Part shown: piece by piece, positions 36,001 to 45,479 of the stretch
Layout: every line of letters begins with the position of its first letter
How positions within the stretch are numbered: the stretch's first letter is position 1
Origin: Rebecca billardiae RCC1528
Lineage: Eukaryota > Protista > Haptophyta
DNA: 64,000 nt
Assembly (NCBI GenBank): GCA_965240325.2
Contig: OZ251238.1
Location: 62,001 to 126,000 of the forward strand
Direction: 5' to 3'
Program-made: the position numbers and the translations under genes
The notes under the pieces: model-generated
Told to the model about the DNA's origin: nothing
Database searches by the model: none
Seen by the model: the letters and a program-made list of their open reading frames with translations, nothing else

Positions 36001-36583
36001 CGCACAGTGCCACGCCAACCGCCGCGGTGAGCGCGCGCAGGCTCAGCCACTCCGACGGCGGCACCGGCGGCGCGCCGCGCGCGGACGGCGCGCGGCCGCT
36101 CTCGGCGGCGGCCGCGGGCGCGGCCGCGGCGGCGGCGGCGGCCGCAGCCTTCTCCGCGCGCTCGGCGCGCAGCGCTGCCTCGAGCTCCGGCGGCAGCTCG
36201 CGCAGCCGCACCACGCGCAGCGACGCCGCGTGCGCCGCGCCCGCCGCCGCGCCCCCCTCCCCCTTCGCCAGCGCGTCCAGCGCGCCGAACACGGCCGGCT
36301 CCGGCCGCTCGGGCGCCGCGGCTCCGTGCGGCAGCGCGCCGCCCGCCGCCTCCTCCTCGCCGCCCTCGGCGGACGCGGCGGCGCTGGCGCCGTGCGCGGG
36401 CGCGTCGGCCGGCGTGCTGCTCGGCTTGATCGAGGCGCGCTTGTTGCCGCCGCCCTTCTCGCCCTTCTCCGCGCCGCCGCCGCCGCCGCCGCCACCGCCG
36501 CCGCCACCGCCGCCCTTGGGCGCGCCGCCCTTGGGCGCGCCGCCGCCGCCGCCGCCGCCCTTGCTGGCCGTCGAGCCGCGCGG

Positions 36584-36627
<44 letters not shown>

Positions 36628-36917
36628 TCTCTTCGGTGTGCGCGTACACCTCGGGGTGCGCCTCGGCGTACGCCACCACGCCCGCGGGCGGCGCGACGCA
36701 CAGCGCTAGCTCGAGCGTCGCCCCCGCCTCCGCCAGCGCCGCCACGTCCTCCTCCCCTGCGGGGAAGGCCTCGCCCGTCAGCACCACCAGCCGAGAGTAC
36801 GGCGCGGGCAGGAGGGCGGGCGGGGCGAGGGCGGCGGAGAAGTCGAGGAGGGGGCCCTCGGCGGACGCGGCGGCGGCGGCGGCTACCGCCGCGCCGCCCT
36901 TCCCGCCGCCGCCCTTC

Positions 36918-36965
<48 letters not shown>

Positions 36966-37297
36966 GTTGGTGGGCCGGTCGGTCCGTCGTCCGCCGCGAT
37001 CCGCTCGGCCACGAGGCGCGCGATGAGCGCGGCGGGCGGGCGCGGCGGCTTGCCCGAGCCGTCCGCGTTCTCGGGCTTGTTCGCGTACGCCTTCATCTCC
37101 TGGCCGAGCGCCGAGTCCTTCCGCTCCATCTCCGCCGCCAGCAGCGCGTCCACGTCCAGCCGGCGCAGCGGCGGGAAGCGGCCGCGCGCGCTCAGCGCGT
37201 CGAGCGCGGCGAGCGCGGGCGCGGCGGAGAAGCCGGCGACGGCGCCGACGTACGTCACGTACGCGCCACCGCGCGCGCCGCCCGGCTCGTCCGTCAT
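29487..37297 (-). CDS. SPAG17: Flagellar central-pair projection protein PF6/SPAG17, 6 exons, about 2,262 aa
   Basis: Predicted exons 37297-32486, 32223-32001, 31830-31702, 31519-30873, 30696-30511 and 30278-29487; all GT-AG, phases compatible, total 6,789 nt. Motifs include HAPRLFVCARGGGVTELL, LDVYGQQR, LELPVKR and a C-terminal PapD-like domain (PAALDFGSVQAGATYRLSLGVRNVS...GPVAPGMCARIEVELRA). Confidence 0.8.
30390..30495. repeat. Imperfect (TG)n/(TGCG)n microsatellite in SPAG17 intron 5
   Basis: Directly visible; lies inside predicted intron 30279-30510. Confidence 0.9.
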
Positions 37298-37479
37298 GGC
37301 CCTGTGCGTGTTGCGCGTGCGCGCGCTGGGCTGTGGGCTGTGCGCGAGCTGTTACGCCGTGGGGCGCCCTGCTTGCCACTGCTGGCGCCCAGCGTGCGCA
37401 GCGGGGCGCACTGGCGCAGCGCGTGAACGGGCCCAGCTGCAGCGGCGGCGGTTTTTCGGCGGCACCGCCCGGCGCCCGG

Positions 37480-37575
37480 GCGTTTAATCTTTATTCGGCC
37501 GCTCCGGTTTGAAAGAAATCCGAGAGCCGATTTTTTCAGCAACGTCGTCGTCCCTTTCTTTTTGATCGATGGATA
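37480..37575 (-). promoter_or_regulatory. AT-enriched island between the PUM3 stop and the SPAG17 start
   Basis: Short AT-rich patch with T runs in the 351-bp intergenic gap. Confidence 0.35.
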
Positions 37576-37648
37576 CCGATCGTCTGGCCTCGGCTCTTCT
37601 TCTCGCCCGCACGATGGCGGCCCCGCGCGCGCTCCGCACGCGCCGCCC

Positions 37649-40600
37649 TCACGCCGCCTCGTCGAGCGCGCGGCAGAGCGCCGCGCAGCCCGGGCCCGAC
37701 GCGCCCGCGAGCAGCGCCGCGCCGCCCTTCCCCGCCGCCCCGCCGCGCAGCAGCGCCGCCGCGCCCTCCGCCGTGCCCTCCGCCTCGAGCAGCGCGAGGC
37801 ACACCCACGCGCCGCCGTGCGCGGCCGCGTGGCACAGCCCGCCGCACGGCGCGCGCAGCGCGCGCGCGCGCTCGAGCGCGAGCGCGCCGAACGCGCGCGC
37901 GCTCGCGTCGTTGCCTTGGCACAGCCTGCGCCGCCGCCGGCGCGCGCGGGGGGGGGCGGGGGGCATGCGTCGCGCGCGTGAGCGGCGCGGCGCGGCGCGG
38001 CGCGGCGCGGCGCGCGCGCGGCGCGGGCGCGCGCGCGCTGCTTGTCGTCCGCCGCGCGCACCGCTTGAGCACGCGGCCGACGGTGGCGTCCGCGGCGAAG
38101 CGCGGCACGTGCGTCGGGCTCTCCGCCTCGGCCGCCTTCGCGCCCTTCTTCTTGCCCGCGCCCTTCCCCGCCCCCTCCCCCTTGAGCTGCGTCGGCTTGA
38201 ACGCGGCGCCCAGCACCGCGGCCGCCGCCTCGGCCCACGCGCCGTCCGCGCACCCCGGCGCGTCGGGCTCGCGCGGGTTGGGCGCGTGCAGCGTGGAGAG
38301 CGCCTGCTCGACGACGAGCGAGCCCGTCCGGTGGCCCACCAGCTCCGCCGCGCGCGCCGCCACCTCGGCGAGCAGCGGCGCGCGCAGTGCGGCGCGCAGC
38401 TCCGCCCTGCGCGTGGGCGCGTCCTTCTTGCCGCCCAGCGCGGCCGGTGGCGCGGACGCGCCCACGCCCGCGGCCGCGTCCGCCGCGGCCTCGGCGGCGG
38501 CGCTCGCGCGCAGCTCGAGCCGCGCCTGCGCCACCGGCCGCAGCTCGGGCGGCAGCCGGCGCGCCAGCCACGTGTCCGCCCCGTCCGCGCCGCCGCCCTC
38601 GGGCGTGCACGGCGCGCCGCGCTCGGCTGCGCGCGCGCGCGCGGGCGCGTGCTGCGCCTCGGGCGGCAGCAGCGCCAGCAGCAGCCGGTGGCCGTGCGCG
38701 TGCAGCGCGAGCTCGCCCAGCGCGCCGCTCAGCTCGGAGAGCACCGACTGCGCGGGGCGCGGGGGAGGCGGGCGCGGCGTGAGGCCGCCGCTGCCGCTGC
38801 CGCCGCGCGTGTGCGTGCGCTTGGCGCGTGCGCGCGCGCGTGCGCGCGCGCGTGCAGCGCCGTGCAGCGCCGTGCCTTTGCGAGGAGGACGGTGTCGTCG
38901 GTGTTGTCGCACAGCGCGCACAGCACCGCGCAGCCGTACAGCTCCTCGGCCGCCTTGCGCACCAGCCCCTTCAGCGCGCGCACCAACGCCTTGCGCTCCT
39001 GAGGGGGCGCGCGCGCACACGCGCGCGCACACACACGCGCACGCGCACGGCAGCGGCAGCGGTGCCGTGGCGGAGGTCAGCGCGGGGCTGGCGGGGCGCG
39101 CGGGGTGTGCGCGGGGTGTGCGCGGGGTGTGCGCGCCGTGCGCGCACCTTGGGCCCGGCGAGCACGATGGCGCGCGCGACGGCGGTCGCCCCGTGAGGCG
39201 TGTGCAGCACAGGCGGCGCCGCCGCCAGCAGCGGCGGCACGAGCTCCGCGCGCTGCGCCGCGGAGCCGAGCAGCAGCACCTCGCAGCACGCGCGCAGGGC
39301 GAGCGCGGTGCCCAGCGTGCCCTTGTCCGCGCACCGCGTGCACACTGCGCAGCGCGCCGCGCACGCGCACGCACGCCGTGGCAGCGCGGGGCGGAGGGCG
39401 CGCGGCTCGGACCGAGCGCGCGCGGCGCGCGCGCGGATGTGCGGTGCGGTGCGGTGCGGTGCGCACCGTCTGCGAGCTGCGAGAGGACGGCGGCGCGCCG
39501 CTGCCGCTCGGCCGCGCTGGTGGCGGGCAGCGCGCGCACGCTCTCCGCGCCGCCCCCCTCCGCCGCCGCGCCGAACAGCCGGAACTCGCGCCCCCACAGC
39601 TGCGCGTACATGCGCTGCCGCAGCTGTGAGGGCGCCACGTCCGCATACGCGTGCTCGAGCACAGCGCACCCAAACCTGCGCGCGCGGGAGGGGGGTGCGT
39701 TTGCGTGCGTGTGCGTGTGCGTGTGCGGGGGGCGGGGCGTGAGCCTTCGCCACGCAGCACGCAGCACGCGGGCCGCGCGCTGCGCCGCGCCCACGCGCCC
39801 TGCGCCCACGCGCCCTGCGCCCACCTGTGCGTCAGCAGCTCGGGCGTGTGCGGCAGCAGCGCGCCCGCCACCGCCTGCCGCCCACCCTTGGGCCCGTGCC
39901 GCAGCAGCGCGAGCGCGACGTGGTGCCCGTACTGCGAGCGGCACAGCTCGAGCATGTGCGCGCTCAGCGCGCGGAGGACCTGCGCGCGGTGCTCGTCGGA
40001 GCCGTGCTTGATGCACGCCTGCGCACGCACGCGTGCCACGCACGCGCGTGTGTGTGTGCGTGCGTGTGTGTGCGTGTGTGCGCGCACGCGGTAGGCCGTA
40101 GGGGCGGTGGGGGGGCGGGGTGAGGCGGGGCGGGCGGGGGGCACGCACGGCGGCGCTCTCTCCCGCGAGGCGCACACACGCACACACGCACACACACACA
40201 CACACACGCTGTGCGCACACACACACGCGCACACGCACCTGCACAACCCGCGCTGCGTCATGCTTGGCGCACACGGCGGCGAGCACGTCGTCCATCGCGC
40301 CGAGCGCCTCGGAGACGAGGCGCAGCTTCTCGGCCTCCTCCGTGCGCGACGAGCGCAGCGTCTCCCACAGCGGCAGCACCGCGCGCACCACCGCCGCCTT
40401 CTGACGCGGCCCGGCGGTGCCGCCGCCCGCGCCGCCCTCGGCCGGCGGCGGGCGCGCGCGCTTGGAAGGGCGGCCGTCCGCGCCGGCGCCGGCGGGCGGG
40501 GCCGGCTTGCGCTTGGGCGCGCCCGGCTTGGGCGCGCCCGGCTTCCCCGGCTTCCCCGCGCCCGGCTTGCGCGGCGCCGGCTTGCGCGCGGGCTTGGCCG

Positions 40601-40775
40601 CGGCCGCGCCGCCGTCCGCCGCCGCGTCGGCGCCGGCGCCGCCGTGTGCGCCGTCGGCGAAGAGCGCGTGCTTGGTGCGCGACGCGCGGCTGGGGCCGTC
40701 GCCCGGGCCCTTCTTGCCCGAAGGCTTGTCGCGGCCGAAGCGCGTGTCGCGCCGCGCCTGCCTCGCCTTGCCCAT
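37649..40775 (-). CDS. PUM3: Nucleolar Pumilio-family protein PUM3/Puf6 (PUF-like repeats plus CPL domain), 7 exons, about 740 aa
   Basis: Predicted exons 40775-40239, 40018-39825, 39675-39467, 39344-39148, 38998-38876, 38747-38062 and 37925-37649 (2,223 nt). Lys-rich N-terminus; motifs LWETLR, KHDAARVVQACIKHG, LCRSQYGHH, HTPHGATAV, KERKALVRALK, DDTVLLAKSVLSEL and KKDAPTRRAEL. Confidence 0.88.
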
Positions 40776-41159
40776 GCGGCGCTGACGATGCGCGCGGCCC
40801 TGGGCACACGCGTCGGGACGGCTGCAGCAGCACGCGGCCGCCCACGATGCGGCCGGACCGGGCGCGAGGCCGCCGCGCGGCAGTCCGGGCACGCCCGCCC
40901 CCGAGCAAAGAAATACTTTCCGAGCAGTACTAGTACTACTGTGGACGCTCGTTTTAAATTCCCCTTTATAACGGGCTCCGGGTGATCAGACTGGCGGCCG
41001 AAGCCTCCAGCCCTACCCTGGCCAGCCCCCAACCAACCACCACCCTCACCCAACCTCAAACCACTGACCGATACACCGAGTGCCTTGACACCACTCCGCT
41101 GTGGACCCTTCCTATATTTCTTTGCCTGCACCGAGGCAGGGGAGGTGCAGCGCATCAGC
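40776..41159. promoter_or_regulatory. Probable bidirectional promoter between PUM3 and the sulfotransferase
   Basis: Head-to-head genes 384 bp apart. The AT-enriched core contains TTTTAAAT, TTTATAA (~40965) and the palindrome AGTACTAGTACT. Confidence 0.5.
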
Positions 41160-42311
41160 ATGGCCGGCCGCGCGCCGCGCTCGGCGCGCCGCCTGGCGCG
41201 CCTGGCGGCGCCGCTCCTGCTGTGCGCGTCCGCCGGGCGCAGCACCGCGGCGCAGCCGCCGCCGCCCGCCGCCGCCGCCGCTCCCAACGCCAGCGCCGCC
41301 ACCAAGAACCCGCCGGCCGCGTTCGCGGGCGTGCTCGACAGGCGGCTCGGCCGCCGCCAGTGGAACGTCGGCTGGCAGGGCGCGATCATGCTGCCCGCGC
41401 ACCGGCTCGTGGTGTGCGCGCCGCCGAAGACGGGCTCGACCATGCTGATGTGGCTCATGCTGCGCGTCCTCGGCCACCTCCCCCCCGAGCAGATCTGCCG
41501 CCCCGAGCTGCACGCGCCCGAGCACGTGCGCGCGTACCTCGCGAAGCACCCGTTCGGCGCCGCGCTCGTGTGGAACTTTGCGGAGGCGGGCGCGCCGAAG
41601 GCGGTGAAGGCGTGGGTGCACGGCGCGTGGGCCGGCGCGCTGCCCATGCGCGCCGCCCCCTTCCCCCTCGTCGCCGCCGCCTTCTCCTCCCCCAACTGGA
41701 CGACGGCCGCGCAGCTGCGGGACCCGTGGTGGCGCGCCGTCTCCTCGTACCGCTACCAGCTGCAGTCCGGGAGCAGCCGCGTGAAGTGGGCCATGGACCC
41801 GGACAAGGCGGCGGACTTCCTCTTCTTCACGCGGCGCGGGAAGGGCAAGCAGCACCACGCCGGCCCCATGGTCGCCTTCTGCGCGCTGCACCAGCCGCTG
41901 CGGTACGACGCGGCCATCGACATTGACGCGGACGCGCACGGGCTGCGCGCGCGCTGGGCGGAGGTGCTGGGGAACCTCGGGCTGGACGCGGCCGCGCTGC
42001 TCGACACGGGGTGGGAGAAGTGCACGCGCGACGGCTCGCCCGCCCTCTTCGCGCCCAACGCCCGCGTCAACGCCGGCCTCGACCAGCCCGCCTCCTCCCT
42101 GCGCCGCGCGGAGCGGCAGGCCGCCATCGACCGCGCGCTGTGCACGCCGCAGACGAGCGCGGCGGTCGCGCGCCGCTTCGCCGACGACTACGCGATGCTG
42201 CGCAGGCAGGGGATGGTGCTGGCCTCCACGCCGCACAGGTGCGTGCACGGTGGTGGCACGCGCGCGCCGACGCCGCGCGCTGAGCCGCGCCGCGGGCCTC
42301 CGGCGGGCTGA
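41160..42311 (+). CDS. Secretory-pathway sulfotransferase (Sulfotransfer_2/CHST-like), about 383 aa
   Basis: Signal peptide-like N-terminus (RLARLAAPLLLCASA), 5'-PSB loop LVVCAPPKTGSTML, 3'-PB motif LRDPWWRAVSSY and C-terminal FADDY. Confidence 0.8.
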   Translation: MAGRAPRSARRLARLAAPLLLCASAGRSTAAQPPPPAAAAAPNASAATKNPPAAFAGVLDRRLGRRQWNVGWQGAIMLPAHRLVVCAPPKTGSTMLMWLMLRVLGHLPPEQICRPELHAPEHVRAYLAKHPFGAALVWNFAEAGAPKAVKAWVHGAWAGALPMRAAPFPLVAAAFSSPNWTTAAQLRDPWWRAVSSYRYQLQSGSSRVKWAMDPDKAADFLFFTRRGKGKQHHAGPMVAFCALHQPLRYDAAIDIDADAHGLRARWAEVLGNLGLDAAALLDTGWEKCTRDGSPALFAPNARVNAGLDQPASSLRRAERQAAIDRALCTPQTSAAVARRFADDYAMLRRQGMVLASTPHRCVHGGGTRAPTPRAEPRRGPPAG

Positions 42312-42710
42312 GGGCCACGGCCGGCATCCGCCATGCGCCACGCGGCGCCATCGTCGGGCATTGACTCACTCAGTCACTCAGTCAGGCATCAGCCGACGGC
42401 CGCGGACTGCCGCCGCCGCCGGTCCGGGCCGCGGGCCAGCAGGCGTGGGCTAGCTGTCTGGGCGCTGTGCCGCGCGCCGCCGCGGCCGACGAACTGCGGA
42501 CGGGCGTCGCCAGCGCGCACCGCCACCATCGCGCCGTCGCCACGTCGCGCTCGGCAGCCCTGCAGGCCTGCAGCCAGCCGCACTGCTGGGGCGGCGGGCG
42601 GGCGTCAGGCGGCGCGCGGCGACGGGGCACTCATCGTCACTATGGCGCGCGCTGCACGACGAGCACATCATCGCGTCGCGTCGTCGTCATCATCATCGAT
42701 CGTCGCGCGT

Positions 42711-42746
42711 AATATTATTATTATATATATATATATATATATTATA
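42711..42746. repeat. (TAT)n/(TA)10 microsatellite
   Basis: AATATTATTATTATATATATATATATATATATTATA, the most AT-rich spot in the window. Confidence 0.9.
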
Positions 42747-44459
42747 CTCAGCATCGGCATATCTATATATCGTCATTATTAATAAGTGCTACTATCAGCA
42801 CGCGCGCGCCCGATTCGAAGATCGGCGCGGATGATCTGAATCGACGCCATCGACGGCGCGGACGACGGCGGATGATGGCCCGCGGTGCAGGGCGGAGCGC
42901 CGTAGCGTGGAGCCCCACCGGGGGCCCTCACTACGTTGTCAAAAAGATCTTTTGATCAAAGAAAAGGGGACGGGGGATACGATTTTTAGGGTTGTTGGAG
43001 GGTGAGTTTTCGATTTTTTGATGAGTGAGGGGTACGGTACAATATGCTGTCCATCCCAAGCTTAAAGGCCGCGCCCGGGTCATTTCGCGTATGTCGTTGG
43101 ACGGCCGTCACATTGTCAGTAAACGAATCTGCGCCATTGTGGTAATGCCCGGGGCCGGACTCCGCCCAGCACCAGACAACAGTGATCCACTCCGGACTGG
43201 GCGGTCCGGCGATCGCTCCCGCGATGAGTCGATGACCAGTGGACCTCTCGACCCAGTCAACGCCGGCGACGCGGCGCGGGCGCGCAAGACAGATCAGAAA
43301 TCCTGATTCCTGGACGCGCACGCGAACCGGCTCGGCATGCGGAACGCGTTGATGCGCTTGGGGACGCACGACATCGGGCCGTTCTGAAACGACACCGGGC
43401 GAAACTCTACCGCGTGCACGCGCGGACCGGCGGACCGCAGGCCGCGGCGTGACGACTGCGACACTGCGCGACGCGAAGGAGCAGGTGCTGGCGCCGCAGA
43501 TGGCGGTGCGGGCGTTCTGCCCGAGCTGCAACAACCCGCTGCTCTCGGGCCAGGTGCATCAGCGCATCCAGGACCGCCGCTGCCACGTGCTAACCAAGGT
43601 GGTGGGCAAGTTGCGTGCGCAAGACACTGCTACGCGACCGTGATTGTGACACAGTGGCGCAGCTGGCGCGCGCGCACGACCGCGTGACGGCACGCGGAGT
43701 CGGTTTTGCGTGCTTCTGACGGCTGGGCTGGGTTCCGGGACATATTTGTGGGTGCCTTCGCAAGCGCCTCGCTCGTCAGACACCTAAATCGCATAGTTGT
43801 CGAAAATCACAAATCAGTGGGCTGCTGTCATGGACCCCCTACCGGGACGGACTATGTCACGTCGCGGCTGACGAGTGGTCCGCCGAGGCGCAGTGCCCGT
43901 GGGACCGGCGGCGGGGGGCCCGACTACGAGTACAGGCCAAGGATTCCGTATCCCGACTCATCTCCTGATGACTGACTCCTGGCCCGAGTGCACCGCAGCA
44001 TCCATGCAACATCATATGCCAGATTTGCTCTGCTAAAACGGACCAAATGTTTTCTTCGTTCGGCCTCGCGGCTCGCCGGCCGGGCCTAAAGACTCAGCGG
44101 GGGGCTCAGCCCCCCTGCGCCCCCCGCGCCTGCGCGGCGGGCGGACCGCCTAGCTAAGAAATAACTGAGTGACTCCGTAGACGGTCGGGCTACTACCGCG
44201 ATTGGCTGCTAAGAATATATAAAGAAACCGAGACGACTAGCGCCGTGACATATCTCTGACTTCTTATTGCGCCCGCGATCGATTGCCTGCTGTAAGTATA
44301 GCGACCGGACATGCAACGCCAACGCGATATGCGATGACGCGCGCGATATATAGCGCGGTGATATGATCGCGCGATGACGACGACGCGTCGTCGTTCCTGG
44401 TAATTAGTCATCATCGCGACCGCATGAATACTCGGCGACGACCGTACCGGTATTGCTCA

Positions 44460-45290
44460 GAAATACTGATGCTGGCGGACTAGCCATACAGGCGGGGTCT
44501 CAACAATATTAATTGTCACATATTCTGACTGAGCTGCACGCCACTGCTCACCCTGCCCCCCTGGGCTGATCCAGGCGGCCCCCACGGCCCGTGCACGCCG
44601 GTTTCGACCCAGCGCGTCAGCCCCAGCGCGCGTGGGCTGGAGTTGGGCACACCAGCAGGTCACACGGCTGCAGGCGTACAGCCTGTCGCAGCTGGCCAGA
44701 TCCTGCCGCAGGCTTGTCGTCACTGGTCGCGGGCAGTGTGCCCACACAGACCAGGCCTAAATTGTGCTTGGCACTGGATCTGGTACCCCCTAGGGTGGGC
44801 TGCATGCCACCTGGGGGGAAGCGCATGGGATGCAGCTGCTGTGGCACAGTGCCCAATCCCGCACGGTCCCCACCTGCGCAAGGACCTGTCGGGTCAGCTC
44901 CCCTGCACTGGGAGGCCAGCAGCAGCACCCGCTGACACACCCCGAGGGTAGTGGCCAGCCACCCGACTTGAGGGGGCTGGAGTGGGGCTGGTGCAGCCAA
45001 GAGCTCTGCAGCCTAGCTGCTGGTGGCTGGCCTGCATGGATTTTCAAGCTGACCTGACCCACAGCTGCCTGCCGCACCCCTCGCTGCACCCACCTGCTGG
45101 GCTGCTGCACATGCGCACTCTGGATGGCGCACCACAGCCCAGCATGGAGAGCTCGGGCTAAGCAGCTACCCATCACTCTCGTCAGAATGGCCAGGCGGGA
45201 TGAGTGGGCTGTGCTAGACCACAATCCACATCTAGCCAGGCAATCAAGCTAGTGCTCACAGCATATATGCCTGTCCAGTGCGTGGCACAA
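44460..45290. other. CpG-depleted, TpG/CpA-rich tract, possibly a decayed methylated repeat
   Basis: Stretches such as GCTGCTGGTGGCTGGCCTGCATGG and CCAGGCCTAAATTGTGCTTGGCACTGG have very few CG, unlike the rest of the window. No credible ORF. Confidence 0.5.
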
Positions 45291-45394
45291 ATATAACAGC
45301 AGATCGATCGATATACTACGACAGCTATATATACTTGTTGAGACCCCTGTAGAGAGTAGTGGCCTGGGCCGAGCTGACCGGGGCCGTGCGGCGC

Positions 45395-45445
45395 TCAGTC
45401 GCCCGAAGAGTCATCGTGCGCAGAGTCGTCGGCCGAGCAGTTGCT

Positions 45446-45479
<34 letters not shown>

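Noticed and set aside
42929-42960. CACTACG as a CACTA left end, with the adjacent AAAAGATCTTTT palindrome
   Set aside because: No convincing matching right TIR or TSD found in the window.
42982-42994. TTTTAGGG telomere-like motif
   Set aside because: Single copy only.
42677-44387. 15-bp inverted match CGCGTCGTCGTCATC / GATGACGACGACGCG as TIRs
   Set aside because: Low-complexity trinucleotide sequence typical of local intergenic DNA; no TSD or extension.
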